Positions 39,462-49,859 of a stretch of 64,000 nt of DNA are shown in pieces. Positions within the stretch are counted from its first letter, which is position 1; the number at the start of each line of letters is the position of its first letter. Source of the stretch: an uncultured Prevotella sp. (GTDB taxonomy: Bacteria > Bacteroidota > Bacteroidia > Bacteroidales > Bacteroidaceae). The position numbers were made by a program, and so were the translations under genes. Where the stretch lies: assembly GCA_905198745.1 (NCBI GenBank), contig CAJKDU010000007.1, positions 7,565-71,564 on the forward strand, read 5' to 3'. The notes under the pieces were generated by a model that searched no databases, was not told the origin of the DNA, and saw nothing but the letters and a program-made list of their open reading frames with translations.

Positions 39462-40043
39462 TTATCTTACACCGATGAGCTTGTGGGTTTGCAGGGATAA
39501 TTGCCACTTGGGGTGGCGCAAGATGTATTGGATGCAGGCCTGCAGGGTTTGCTTGTCTGCTTGCGGATGGCCCGTGTCGCAAGGTTGAAGATAGTAGTAG
39601 TCGGCCTTGATACCGAAGTCCTCCACTCGTCCGGTATGGTCGAATATGCATTTCAGTTCATTGCACCGAGTTACTACTGGTCTTCCTGGAGCTCCTGTAA
39701 ACAGCGCCTTGGGTGACACGGTTGACCAGTCGAGTCCTTCGGGCAATGGCTGCGTCCCATTTGTTTCCATAGCCACTTCATAGCCGTGTGAGTGGAGTAG
39801 GGCTATGAATGGGGCGTCAGCCTGTAGGGTCGGTTCGCCACCGGTGAGCACTACCAACCGCGTTTCGTAGGGAGCAATGGCGTTGACGATGTCTTCGTCG
39901 CTCATCTCTGTGTAATCATGGAAGTCAGTGTCGCAGAATGGACACCGCAGGTTGCATCCTGAGAAGCGGATGAAGATGGCTGCGCGTCCTGTATTGCGCC
40001 CTTCTCCCTGTAAAGAGTAGAATATTTCGTTGATGCGTTTCAT
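39462..40043 (-). CDS. queE: 7-carboxy-7-deazaguanine synthase (radical SAM)
   Basis: EIFYSLQGEG, CNLRCPFCDTD, TGGEP, ETNG and LSLQTHK motifs. Confidence 0.93.
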   Translation of the reverse strand: MKRINEIFYSLQGEGRNTGRAAIFIRFSGCNLRCPFCDTDFHDYTEMSDEDIVNAIAPYETRLVVLTGGEPTLQADAPFIALLHSHGYEVAMETNGTQPLPEGLDWSTVSPKALFTGAPGRPVVTRCNELKCIFDHTGRVEDFGIKADYYYLQPCDTGHPQADKQTLQACIQYILRHPKWQLSLQTHKLIGVR

Positions 40044-40049
40044 GCCCTA

Positions 40050-40382
40050 TCAGTCAATTTCATAAGAGGCGATGTTTCCCTCACTTTCCTGAACGGTTAC
40101 CTTATAGCAGTGGTCAATCTGCTCGGCGATCCAGCGTGCCATGTTCTCGGCGGTGGGGTTGAAGGGCAGTATGTCGTTGAGATACTTGTGGTCGAGCATC
40201 CCTTGTACCTTCTTCTTGATTTCAGTGAAGTCGGTCACCATGCCGGCATCATTGAGTTCGCGTGCCTTACAATAGATAGTGACTATCCAGTTGTGACCGT
40301 GTATGTTGGTACACTTGCTTTCATAGTCGAGTTCGAGGCGATGTGCCGCCGATATTTCGAGTCTTTTTTCTACGTAGTACAT
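40050..40382 (-). CDS. queD: 6-carboxytetrahydropterin synthase
   Basis: AAHRL, CTNIHGHNW, LDHKYLN and PTAEN motifs. Confidence 0.93.
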   Translation of the reverse strand: MYYVEKRLEISAAHRLELDYESKCTNIHGHNWIVTIYCKARELNDAGMVTDFTEIKKKVQGMLDHKYLNDILPFNPTAENMARWIAEQIDHCYKVTVQESEGNIASYEID

Positions 40383-40436
40383 GTTGTTCTTTTTATTTTG
40401 TTTTGTGCACTTGTTTCCTCTCTCACACCGTTGCCA

Positions 40437-42359
40437 TCACACCATGATGTCCGTGCCGAGCTTCCTTGCTATGGCGTTGCGTATGGTTTGCAACTCTTTG
40501 AGTTCGGCCATGATGTCCATCATACGGTTCATGTCGGACGATGCAAGTTTCAGTTCATTCTCCTTTTGTTTTATCATCTGGTCTATATAGTCCTTGCGGT
40601 AGTCGAGGATGAGGTGAAGGATTTGGTTGGTAAGACTGTAGCCGATGTTCTGGTTTGCGAAACTCTTGGACAGCTGAAACCTGTCAATGCTCATGTCTAT
40701 AGCGAGCTTGTTGATTTCTAAGTCTGGGTGATGGGTAAAGTAGGTTTCAGCCTTGAATCCTTCATCGTCGAGGTGTTCCACACATTCGTCGAGTATCCTG
40801 TCGTAGAGCGGCGTGTGGAAATGCAGTCCGTCTGCACCGAGATCGAGTTTCACGTATTGTGCAAGAGGTAATGACACATCTTCGTCGTCCTCGTTCTTCA
40901 CGGTGATAGGCTCTTCCCCATGGCGTATGACCAGTTGTATGATCATTTGTTCCACCATACGTTCCGGTTCTTTTCGTGGAGCGTCAGCCACGGGAGTGTT
41001 GTTCTTTCGTTCTTGTTCCCTACGCATTTCCTTGGTCGCCTGTTCACGTCCTGTCTGTATGAAGCCGTTCATGGTGTTGATGAGCGTCTGTTCCGAGATG
41101 CCTGTGCGGTGTGAACATTCCTTCAGATAAGTGGCGCGTACTATTTGGTTCTGTATGACAGAGATGCTTTTGACAATGGAGTTTATGGCTTCAGACCGTT
41201 TCATGGGGTCGGTGACTCCCTTGAGCATAAGGTTGATCTTGAAGACGATGAAGTCTGTTTGGTTGTCTTCCACATATTGACGGAAGTCATTGGCTGTATG
41301 TTTCCGGGCAAAACTGTCGGGATCTTCGTCTTCAGGAAAAAGCAATACTTTCACGTTCATGCCTTCAGCCAAAAGCATGTCGGTGCCACGGAGGGCAGCA
41401 TGAATGCCTGCGGCATCACCGTCGTAGAGGAGCACAATGTTTTGCGTGAATCGGTGAAGGGTGCGAATTTGGTAGACGCTGAGTGCTGTGCCAGAGTTGG
41501 CCACCACATTCTCAATCCCGCTTTGGTGCATGGAAATCACATCCATGTAGCCCTCAACCATGTACACTTTATCTTCCTTTGCTATCTGTTTCTTGGCCTG
41601 GTAGATGCCGTACAGTTCGTGGTCCTTATGGAATATCTCCGATTCGGGTGAGTTGACGTATTTCTGGTTGACGCCTTTGGTGCGTGAGTCGAGCACGCGG
41701 CCACCGAACGCCACCACCTTTCCACTCACGCCTATCCATGGAAAGACGACGCGTCCGGCAAAGCGGTCTACGAGTTCCCCCGTCTGTTCACGTCGGTAGG
41801 CGAGTCCGGTCTTGACAAGAAATTCGGGATTGTATCCTTTTTCACATGCTTGTTCAGACATGGCAGTGCGGTGGCTGAGTGCAAATCCGAGCCTGAACTT
41901 CTTGATAACGTCATCACGGAATCCACGGGAACGGAAGTATTGCATGCCGACAGCAACGCCGTCGGGGTCGTTGTGGAGTACTTGTTCGAAATAGCCGGCA
42001 GCCCATTCGTTGACGATGAACATGCTTTCGCGCTCGTTCTGTTCTCTTTTCTCTTCCTCGGATAATTCCTTCTCCTTGATTTCTATGCCGTATTTGGCGG
42101 CCAGCCATCTCAGTGCTTCGGGGTAGGTCATCTGCTCGTGCTCCATGATAAATCCCACGGCGTTGCCTCCCTTGCCGCAGGAGAAGCACTTGCATACGCC
42201 GCGCGAGGGTGACACGTAGAATGAAGGCGTGCGCTCGTTGTGGAACGGGCACAGCCCCTTGTAGTTGGCTCCGCTCTTGCGCAGCGTGACGAACTCCGAC
42301 ACCACGTCGACAATGTTGGCTGCGTCCATGATGCGGTCTATGGTGGCTCTGTCTATCAT
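40437..42359 (-). CDS. dnaG: DNA primase
   Basis: CPFH...CFSC zinc finger, FGGR, KYVNSPE, VEGYMDV and YDGDAAG TOPRIM motifs. Confidence 0.97.
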   Translation of the reverse strand: MIDRATIDRIMDAANIVDVVSEFVTLRKSGANYKGLCPFHNERTPSFYVSPSRGVCKCFSCGKGGNAVGFIMEHEQMTYPEALRWLAAKYGIEIKEKELSEEEKREQNERESMFIVNEWAAGYFEQVLHNDPDGVAVGMQYFRSRGFRDDVIKKFRLGFALSHRTAMSEQACEKGYNPEFLVKTGLAYRREQTGELVDRFAGRVVFPWIGVSGKVVAFGGRVLDSRTKGVNQKYVNSPESEIFHKDHELYGIYQAKKQIAKEDKVYMVEGYMDVISMHQSGIENVVANSGTALSVYQIRTLHRFTQNIVLLYDGDAAGIHAALRGTDMLLAEGMNVKVLLFPEDEDPDSFARKHTANDFRQYVEDNQTDFIVFKINLMLKGVTDPMKRSEAINSIVKSISVIQNQIVRATYLKECSHRTGISEQTLINTMNGFIQTGREQATKEMRREQERKNNTPVADAPRKEPERMVEQMIIQLVIRHGEEPITVKNEDDEDVSLPLAQYVKLDLGADGLHFHTPLYDRILDECVEHLDDEGFKAETYFTHHPDLEINKLAIDMSIDRFQLSKSFANQNIGYSLTNQILHLILDYRKDYIDQMIKQKENELKLASSDMNRMMDIMAELKELQTIRNAIARKLGTDIMV

Positions 42360-42366
42360 GGTTTCC

Positions 42367-42963
42367 TTACTTCAGTTTCTTGCCCAGGTACCATGTGTTG
42401 AACGAGTCGCGTGCGTAACCGTTGCCGAGCACCTTGAAGTCGCCCATGGCGCTGCCTTCAATCTTTTTCCCCATATACCATACGGTGAACGTGTCGCGTG
42501 CATAGCCGTCGCCGAGCACTCTGAAGTTGCCGGTCGTGGTGCCAATCTTCTGCCCGAAATAGTAGGCATGGAAACTGTCCTTGGCATAGCCGTCGTCCAG
42601 GGTGGTGAAACTCGATGCGGTGGCACCGACAATTTTCTTGCCGTTGAAGTACACGTTGAAATTATCTTTCATGTAGTCGGCTCCTCCTCTTCCTTCCGAC
42701 CATGGCTCCTGCTTCAGTCTGAAGGTTGTGCCGTCTACGTAGGGCAACAGTTCACCCCTGTAGTATACGTCGCTTCCGCTTTTGGCATAACCGTGTCCCA
42801 AGAGGACAAGTCCAGCGGGTTTCAGCCCGGCCACCACCTTTCCGCGGTAGTACACATACTGGCTGTCGTGTGTATAGTCGGGATCGCGTGGTCCAGGTTG
42901 TGCAGCTGTGTGTAGTGTGGTGGCTAATAATAGTATGGCGGTGAGAAGAATCCTTGCTTTCAT
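42367..42963 (-). CDS. secreted DKNYY-like repeat protein
   Basis: Signal peptide plus repeated F-x-x-L-x-x-GYA(K/R)D-x3-(Y/W)Y-x-GKKI units; start at ATG 42963. Confidence 0.75.
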   Translation of the reverse strand: MKARILLTAILLLATTLHTAAQPGPRDPDYTHDSQYVYYRGKVVAGLKPAGLVLLGHGYAKSGSDVYYRGELLPYVDGTTFRLKQEPWSEGRGGADYMKDNFNVYFNGKKIVGATASSFTTLDDGYAKDSFHAYYFGQKIGTTTGNFRVLGDGYARDTFTVWYMGKKIEGSAMGDFKVLGNGYARDSFNTWYLGKKLK

Positions 42964-43155
42964 GATGATGTGTTTTTTGAATTGTTCGTATGCGGCTATA
43001 CGTCTGTATAGCCTTTGTATGCACAAAGGTATGAAGATTTCATGTAACTTCCAAATTTATGTTGTCTGAAGTTGGTACTGAGGTAAAGTAGTGGCGTTTG
43101 CCGACCTTGAGAGCTGTTGATGGCTTGTTTGTTTGGCGGTACAGCAGATAATCCG

Positions 43156-43163
43156 TAATTTTG
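43156..43163 (+). promoter_or_regulatory. -7 promoter box (TAATTTTG) for the PPIase gene
   Basis: TAnnTTTG about 30 nt upstream of the start. Confidence 0.6.
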
Positions 43164-43192
43164 CACTTGTAGATGAAATTAACAAACAAGAT

Positions 43193-43873
43193 ATGAAAAA
43201 GCTCATACTATTCGCCTTTTTGTGCGTTACACTTGCCACCATGGCCCAGCAAGACACCTTGCGCCATGAGGTGCTGCTCGAAACCACGAAAGGCAACATT
43301 CGCCTGGCGCTCTACAATGAAACGCCGCTCCACCGTGACAACTTCCTCAAACTGGTGCGCCAGGGATTTTATGATGGCGTGCTCTTCCATCGTGTCATCG
43401 AGAAATTCATGATTCAGGCAGGCGACTCAGCCAGCCGCCATGCTGCTCCGGGGACGTTGCTTGGCGACTGCACCGAACCTTACACTGTGCCGGCAGAGAT
43501 TCGTTATCCACAAATTATCCACAAGCGTGGAGCTTTGGCAGCAGCTCGCGAGGGTGATGCCGCCAATCCGCAGCGGGCTTCCTCAGCCAGCCAATTCTAT
43601 ATTGTATATGGTAGGCGTTTCACGGATGAAATGCTCGACAAGGTGCAGGCACGACTTGACGAACAGACCAAGGGTGAGGTGAAACTTACTCCCGAAGTAC
43701 GTGAAGTCTATAAAGCTAAAGGTGGCACGCCGCATCTGGATGGTCAGTACACGGTGTTCGGTGAAGTGCTGGAAGGTATTGATGTAGTGCGTGACATCCA
43801 GTGGGTGGAGACAGACAAGAATGACCGCCCCTTAGAAGACGTGCGCATTCTAAGGGCTGTGGTGGTAAAGTGA
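43193..43873 (+). CDS. cyclophilin-type peptidyl-prolyl cis-trans isomerase, exported
   Basis: FHRVIEKFMIQAGD, SQFYIV and PHLDGQYTVFGEV motifs; signal peptide; start at ATG 43193. Confidence 0.93.
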   Translation: MKKLILFAFLCVTLATMAQQDTLRHEVLLETTKGNIRLALYNETPLHRDNFLKLVRQGFYDGVLFHRVIEKFMIQAGDSASRHAAPGTLLGDCTEPYTVPAEIRYPQIIHKRGALAAAREGDAANPQRASSASQFYIVYGRRFTDEMLDKVQARLDEQTKGEVKLTPEVREVYKAKGGTPHLDGQYTVFGEVLEGIDVVRDIQWVETDKNDRPLEDVRILRAVVVK

Positions 43874-44047
43874 TTTCAGCGTCAACGGGATTCCTTTTCC
43901 GCAGTAAGGATTAAGGTCCACCCGGTATTTGGAGTTACGCCTAATGTCCGTCGTATTGTGTGTGCCTGGTTTGCGGACTTAAGGCTCTGCAAACTCTTGA
44001 CTTTATTTTCTTGCAGTCTTGCGTGTTGACTTTCGTCATGTGCCTAA

Positions 44048-44364
44048 CGCGCGCATGCGCACAGGAAAAACTTTCCGTTCTTTCACCTCTATCTGTCACT
44101 TTTCTTGATATTATACACTATTCGGCTGAATGCGAGCGAGATAGAAGGAGTGATAGATGAGTGATAGATGGTTTAATATCCATCACTTCTATCACCGGTT
44201 TGCCTTTTGGCAAGATTCAGTGGAGCGTTCAAAATCGGTTCTGTTGCTTGAACACTTGTTGCTCACGCCCATGGAAATGATTGACCAAGCTGCTGCATGA
44301 AGCGTAAGTCTGCCACTTACACTTCGTTAACCTGCCATTAACACCCCGTAAGTCTGCCATTAAC
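44048..44364 (-). repeat. modular intergenic repeat, full copy on the minus strand
   Basis: CGCGCGCATGCGC end, GTGATAGATG repeats, decayed hairpin near 44247-44288, three 22-bp units at 44304, 44326 and 44348. Confidence 0.88.
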
Positions 44365-44472
44365 AAACGGCATGCGGATTATCTTATGGGGATATCCGGA
44401 TGAAAATGATTTAGCGTATCAATTCTGATACAATGACAGCTGTTGTCACTCCAAATTCCGGAAGAGCCAAGA

Positions 44473-45606
44473 TTACCCCATGTTCTTTTGACTGGCCCCG
44501 TAGTAGCGGTATGAATTGAGCGCTTCCACGATTGTCTCGATTTCCTCTTGTGTCAATGTGGAATTGAGGGGAATGCTCCGTTCATGTGTAAAGAGCATTT
44601 CCGTATTGGGCAGTTCTATGTCGGCATATTCGCGATAGCAATATTGCTTGTGCGGTGGAAGCTGATAGTGACAGGCGCTTATGATTTCGTGGGAAGCAAA
44701 AAGGTCGTGCATTAAATCTATGGAATCTTCGCACAGCACAGGAAATATGTGGTGCACACTGGTCTTGATATAGTCGCTGTTGGGCAATTTTATGGCAGGG
44801 TTGTGGATATTCTTGCAATAGTATTCGGCAATTTCTCTTCTCCGTCTATTCTCCTCGTCAAGGTACTTGAGTTTCACGTCGAGCACGGCAGCCTGTATTT
44901 CGTCCATGCGGCTGTTGCGTCCTTTTATGTAGAAATCCTGGGGAATCTTGGCACCATAGCTTCCCAAATCGCGTACTAACGATTCGAGTTTCGGGTCGTT
45001 TGTCGTCACTGCACCGGCGTCGCCCAATGCCCCCAGGTTCTTGCCGGGATAAAAACTGTGGGCTGCAGCGTCGCCCAGCGATCCCGTATGCTTATTGCCG
45101 AAGCGGCATCCCTGTGCCTGGGCATTATCCTCAACGAGCTTGAGGTCATGTTTCTTGCAGAGTTCCCTTATCTTTTCCGTATAGGCACACTTGCCGTAGA
45201 GGTGCACGATGAGTATGGCACGTGTCCTGGGCGTGATGGCCTGTTCTATCAGGGAGTCGTCTATTTGGTAGGTGTCCAAGCGGCAGTCGATGAACACAGG
45301 CTTGAGGTTGTTTTCCGTGATGGACAGGATGGTGGCTATAAAAGTGCTGCCCGACACGATGACTTCATCGCCGTCTTTCATGATGCCCATTTCCTTGTAG
45401 GCTCTGAATATCAGGGTGAGGGCATCGAGTCCGTTGCCGCAGCCTACGCAGTATTTCGTGCCGATGTATTGTGCGTAGTGTTCTTCAAACTGTTTGGTGG
45501 CCTCCTTTCGCAGATACCATCCGCTGTCCACCACCTTATTGATGGCGTCCTTTATTTCTTCGCCATGCTGGGCGTTCAGTTTCTTAAGGTTTAGGTATTG
45601 AATCAT
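44473..45606 (-). CDS. DegT/DnrJ/EryC1/StrS family sugar aminotransferase (FdtB/QdtB-like)
   Basis: GNGLDAL, VHLYG, EDNAQA, SFYPGKNLGALGDAG (PLP lysine), NSRMDEIQAA. Confidence 0.9.
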   Translation of the reverse strand: MIQYLNLKKLNAQHGEEIKDAINKVVDSGWYLRKEATKQFEEHYAQYIGTKYCVGCGNGLDALTLIFRAYKEMGIMKDGDEVIVSGSTFIATILSITENNLKPVFIDCRLDTYQIDDSLIEQAITPRTRAILIVHLYGKCAYTEKIRELCKKHDLKLVEDNAQAQGCRFGNKHTGSLGDAAAHSFYPGKNLGALGDAGAVTTNDPKLESLVRDLGSYGAKIPQDFYIKGRNSRMDEIQAAVLDVKLKYLDEENRRRREIAEYYCKNIHNPAIKLPNSDYIKTSVHHIFPVLCEDSIDLMHDLFASHEIISACHYQLPPHKQYCYREYADIELPNTEMLFTHERSIPLNSTLTQEEIETIVEALNSYRYYGASQKNMG

Positions 45607-46556
45607 ATTTGCTGTTTAATATCCCATTCATAAGTGTCGTAGCAAACTGCCCGTCCGCCGAAGCCTTCTTTCTGGTGTATGAGTCCCTTGTTGAGCCATG
45701 TACCTTGGTGTTCGGTCGACTTTCCGAAGTCGAGATAGTCGTGGTCGGCATATTGTTCGCTGACGAGTGTGGAGAACAAGAGATCGAGTGCTCCCAGTTT
45801 CTTTCCTTCCTCGGTCGACGCTATGTATTGTGTGTGTATCACTTTTCCGCAGTCGAACACCAGTGTGCCGCCAAGCAATTTTTCCCCCTTTAGTGCTGTG
45901 AACAGATGGATGTGGCGGGGAAAGCGACGGGCAAGTAGCTCCAGTTCTTCTGCTGTGTGTACAGGTGCCACATGATGGCGGCTCTCGAGATTATCTCGAA
46001 GCATTGTCCAGAAGCTTTCAAGGTCTTGGCTTTCCTTTATCTCCACTCCGTTCCGCATGGCCTTGTTTCTCCCTCTTCGGCGCTGTTCGCTTATCTTTAT
46101 GCTCGCAGGAAGGCTCACTGCTGTGGACACTTCGCGGGCAGACAGGCGTGCGTGGCATACGTTTGTCAGTGCGTAAAGGTCTTCCTCGGCAGGCACATCG
46201 TGGTATATCCAAGGAGTAGGCTTGTAGACCACCTTGTCTATTTGCTGTGTACTGGCAAGAAAACTGTTGATGCCGTTGAACGTCTCCAGGGCAAGCTCGG
46301 TGGTCATGTGCCTGTCGGTGACCAGTCCTCCATAGGTCAACCCGCCGTGTGAGCGGAGTGTGTTTCCCTTGATGTCTGCCGGCAGTAGCGCTATCAAGCG
46401 ATGGTCAAGCCATACCATGAGCGAATGGTCGGTGAAGCGGTCGCGGTGATAGTCCATATAACGGCGGTCGAAGAGGAAGGTTCCGTTCTTCGACGTTTCC
46501 ACGAAGGCATTCCATACCTCTTCGTCCGCCGCAGTATATCTGCTTATCGTGAGCAT
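45603..46556 (-). CDS. GNAT/FemAB-like N-acyltransferase
   Basis: NGTFLFDRRYMDYH, SHGGLTYGG, LDFGKS and HQKEGFGG motifs of polysaccharide-locus GNAT proteins. Confidence 0.75.
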   Translation of the reverse strand: MLTISRYTAADEEVWNAFVETSKNGTFLFDRRYMDYHRDRFTDHSLMVWLDHRLIALLPADIKGNTLRSHGGLTYGGLVTDRHMTTELALETFNGINSFLASTQQIDKVVYKPTPWIYHDVPAEEDLYALTNVCHARLSAREVSTAVSLPASIKISEQRRRGRNKAMRNGVEIKESQDLESFWTMLRDNLESRHHVAPVHTAEELELLARRFPRHIHLFTALKGEKLLGGTLVFDCGKVIHTQYIASTEEGKKLGALDLLFSTLVSEQYADHDYLDFGKSTEHQGTWLNKGLIHQKEGFGGRAVCYDTYEWDIKQQI

Positions 46557-46957
46557 CCCTTGTATTTCAGAAATTCGTCGTAGTCGTAGATGTAGTCCTC
46601 CTCCTCATAGACCTCCGAAGCAAGTACCAGGCACACGGCACCCGACGAGAAGTCGTCGAGGGTGCGCCAGATGCCGGTTTCGATGACGAGTCCCTGATAG
46701 GGGTGGTTGAGCAGGAAGGTGCGCTTCTCTGTGCCGTCGTCAAGTGTGACAGTGAAACTTCCGCTCACGGCGATGAGCAATTGCTTGAGTCGTTTGTGGG
46801 CATGCCCACCCCGGCTTTCGCCTCCTGGCACATCGTAGACCCAGTAGGCGCGCGCTATGCGGAAGGGAATCTGGTTATATTCCTCTACCACGGAAAGGTT
46901 GCCTCGCCGGTCTTCTATCTTCGGGATGTCAATGATTTTGGCTTCTGATACTTTCAT
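46544..46957 (-). CDS. dTDP-4-keto-6-deoxyhexose 3,4-ketoisomerase (FdtA/QdtA cupin)
   Basis: DRRGNL, RGGHAH, IWR, LVLAS and DYIYDY motifs. Confidence 0.9.
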   Translation of the reverse strand: MKVSEAKIIDIPKIEDRRGNLSVVEEYNQIPFRIARAYWVYDVPGGESRGGHAHKRLKQLLIAVSGSFTVTLDDGTEKRTFLLNHPYQGLVIETGIWRTLDDFSSGAVCLVLASEVYEEEDYIYDYDEFLKYKGCSR

Positions 46958-46960
46958 CTT

Positions 46961-48142
46961 TCACTTCTTCATGTAAGGATCCGTGCCGAGCACAGTCTTG
47001 GCCAAACGTTTGGCCTTGTCGCGCAGTTGGTTGATGTTGTCGCCCACTTCGCCGTAGCAGAGCACCACGCCCATGCGCCGACCTATGTGGGCTTCCTGCT
47101 TGCCGAAGATGCGAATGCGAGTGCGGTCTTCCTTGAGGGCGTCCACCAGGTTGTAGGGAAGTGGGTCGTTGGTCTCGCTGGGCGAGAGAATAACGGCAGA
47201 GCACCCGCAGTGTTCCAGATGGATGCCGGCAATGGGCAGTCCCATCACGGCGCGGAAATGAAGCTCAAATTCGCTAAGGTTGGTTGTGTGGCCGAGTGTT
47301 ACCATGCCCGTATCGTGTGGACGCGGACTGAGTTCGGAGAAGATTACTTCGCCCCGCTTGGTGAGGAAGAACTCCACGCCCCAGATGCCGTAGCCGGTGA
47401 GTGCCTTGGTTACCTCGGCGGCTATGTGCTGTGCCTGGGCAAGCGCCTCGTCGGAGATGTGGAATGGTTGCCAGCTCTCGCGGTAGTCGCCGCCTTTCTG
47501 CACGTGGCCGATGGGCGGACAGAAAAGGGTAGGGCCGTTCTTCTGGGTGACGGTGAGAAGGGTGAATTCGCTGTCGAAGTCGATGAACTCCTCTATGATA
47601 ACCTCCTTTACGTCGCCACGTCCTTCCTCCATGGCCTCCTTGTATGCCTCGCGCAGTTCATTGTCGTTGTGCACGTAGCTCTGTCCGTGTCCGCTTGAAC
47701 TCATCAGCGGCTTCACCACACAAGGGAAGCCAATCTCGTCGGCTGCGGTCTTGAACTCATCAAATGTCTTTGCGTAGAAATATTTGGCGGTTCGCAGTCC
47801 CAACTCCTTGGCAGCGAGGTCGCGGATGGCACGGCGGTTCATGGTGTAGTTAACGGCGCGTGCGCTCGGCACCACCTGTATGCCCTGCTTCTCGTAGTCG
47901 AACAGACGTTCGGTGCGGATGGCTTCTATCTCGGGCACGATGATGTCTGGCTGGTGCTTCTTTACTACGGCATCGAGAGCGTCTCCGTCGAGCATGCTGA
48001 ACACTTCACATTCGTCGGCCACCTGCATGGCAGGCGCATTGGCGTAACGGTCGCAGGCAATGACATATTGACCTGCTCTCTTGGCTGCAATGACAAACTC
48101 CTTGCCGAGTTCTCCTGAGCCAAGTAAAAGAATCTTTTTCAT
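46961..48142 (-). CDS. purT: formate-dependent phosphoribosylglycinamide formyltransferase
   Basis: [44 protein letters not shown] and RRMGV motifs; start at ATG 48142. Confidence 0.95.
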   Translation of the reverse strand: MKKILLLGSGELGKEFVIAAKRAGQYVIACDRYANAPAMQVADECEVFSMLDGDALDAVVKKHQPDIIVPEIEAIRTERLFDYEKQGIQVVPSARAVNYTMNRRAIRDLAAKELGLRTAKYFYAKTFDEFKTAADEIGFPCVVKPLMSSSGHGQSYVHNDNELREAYKEAMEEGRGDVKEVIIEEFIDFDSEFTLLTVTQKNGPTLFCPPIGHVQKGGDYRESWQPFHISDEALAQAQHIAAEVTKALTGYGIWGVEFFLTKRGEVIFSELSPRPHDTGMVTLGHTTNLSEFELHFRAVMGLPIAGIHLEHCGCSAVILSPSETNDPLPYNLVDALKEDRTRIRIFGKQEAHIGRRMGVVLCYGEVGDNINQLRDKAKRLAKTVLGTDPYMKK

Positions 48143-48186
48143 TTTTATGTCTTGATTGATTGAAAGGTCTGTTGTTCGTCCCTGTT

Positions 48187-49335
48187 TTATCTGTTGCCGT
48201 ACATCTGGTCGTAGTACTTCTGATAGTCGCCGCTGGTCACGTCCTTGATCCAGTCTTGATTCTCCAGGTTCCACTTGATTGTCTTCACGATGCCGTCGGC
48301 AAACTTCGTTTCGGGATACCATCCCAGTTCTTCCTTGATTTTTGTTGGGTCGATGGCATAGCGTTGGTCGTGACCAAGACGGTCGGTGACGAAGGTGATG
48401 AGCGAGTCGTTAATCCAACTGATGTCTATGTCGCCGTTGGCATCCTTGACCTGCTTTTTGAGGACGTTGCGAAGCGTCTTGTCCTTTTCCATCATGTCGT
48501 GAATGGTCTTGATGGTCAGTTTCACGATGTCGATGTTCTTCATCTCGTTGTGGCCACCCACGTTGTAGACTTCGCCTTCACGACCCTCGCGCACCACCAG
48601 GTCAATGGCCTTGCAGTGGTCTTCCACGTAGAGCCAGTCGCGCACGTTGTCGCCTTTGCCGTAGACAGGCAGTTTCTTGCCTTCGAGGATATTGTTGATG
48701 ATGAGTGGTATGAGTTTCTCGGGGAAGTGGTAAGGGCCATAATTGTTGGAGCACCGGGTGATGGTCACAGGCATGTGGTAAGTGTCGTGGTATGCCTTGA
48801 CAATCATGTCGGCGCTGGTCTTCGATGCACTGTATGGGCTGTGGGGGCAGAGCGGTGTCTGCTCGGTGAAGAAGCCTTCGGCACCCAGTGAGCCGTAAAC
48901 TTCGTCGGTGCTCACCTGGTGGTAGCGCTTGCCGGCTCTCCAGGTGGGGTAGCCTGTGGCATCCTTGCCGGTCACCCAGGCACGGCGTGCAGCGTCGAGT
49001 AGGTTCTGTGTGCCGAGGATGTTTGTCTCGAGGAAGAGTTGCGGGTTCTCTATGGAACGGTCCACGTGGCTCTCGGCGGCGAAGTTGACCACGTAGTCAA
49101 TGTCGTAGTCGCTGAAGAGCTGGTCGGCAAGGGCTCTGTCGCGTATGTCGCCGCGCACGAACACGCAACGTTCGCCGTCGATGTCGTCCTTGATGGTGCC
49201 GAGGTTGCCGGCATAGGTGAGCAGGTCGAGGATGACCACCTTGATGTCTTCGTCCTTGTATTTGCGGTGGAGCAGGTATTTGATGAAATTGGCACCGATG
49301 AAACCTGCAGCACCGGTCACGAGATAAGTCTTCAT
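48187..49335 (-). CDS. rfbB: dTDP-glucose 4,6-dehydratase
   Basis: [36 protein letters not shown] and DRLGHDQRY motifs. Confidence 0.96.
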   Translation of the reverse strand: MKTYLVTGAAGFIGANFIKYLLHRKYKDEDIKVVILDLLTYAGNLGTIKDDIDGERCVFVRGDIRDRALADQLFSDYDIDYVVNFAAESHVDRSIENPQLFLETNILGTQNLLDAARRAWVTGKDATGYPTWRAGKRYHQVSTDEVYGSLGAEGFFTEQTPLCPHSPYSASKTSADMIVKAYHDTYHMPVTITRCSNNYGPYHFPEKLIPLIINNILEGKKLPVYGKGDNVRDWLYVEDHCKAIDLVVREGREGEVYNVGGHNEMKNIDIVKLTIKTIHDMMEKDKTLRNVLKKQVKDANGDIDISWINDSLITFVTDRLGHDQRYAIDPTKIKEELGWYPETKFADGIVKTIKWNLENQDWIKDVTSGDYQKYYDQMYGNR

Positions 49336-49361
49336 ATTTCTTGTATTTTCTGTTGTTTCTG

Positions 49362-49859
49362 TTAATGGTTGCTGCCCAGCGTCACCACCTCGCAGTCCTT
49401 GAATTCTTTGCCTTCAATGGTGAGTCTGACCAGTGTACGCTCCTTCTGCCATCCCTGCATGCCTGCTGCCCCGGGATTGATGTGAAGCAGGTTGAGCGTC
49501 TTGTCGTATTTTATCTTGAGTATGTGCGAGTGGCCACTGATGAAAAGCTGTGGCGGACTGGCATAGATGAGGCCGCGTATGCTCCGGTCGTAGTTGCCCG
49601 GGTATCCACCGATGTGCTTCATCAGTACATCCACGTCTTCGCACTTGAAACGGAGTGTCTCCGGATACATATACCGCAGGTCGCCGCCGTCGCAGTTGCC
49701 GCACACCGCACGCAAGGGCTTGATGGCTGCCAATCGTTCGGCGAGCTCGGTTGTGCCAATGTCGCCGGCATGCCATATTTCGTCGCACTCTCCGAGATAC
49801 CGTTCGTATTTCTCGTCCCAGTAGCCGTGGGTGTCACTGATGATTCCTATGCGTTTCAT
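49362..49859 (-). CDS. YfcE-like metallophosphoesterase
   Basis: ISDTHG, HAGD, GNCD, GHSH and NPG motifs. Confidence 0.9.
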   Translation of the reverse strand: MKRIGIISDTHGYWDEKYERYLGECDEIWHAGDIGTTELAERLAAIKPLRAVCGNCDGGDLRYMYPETLRFKCEDVDVLMKHIGGYPGNYDRSIRGLIYASPPQLFISGHSHILKIKYDKTLNLLHINPGAAGMQGWQKERTLVRLTIEGKEFKDCEVVTLGSNH

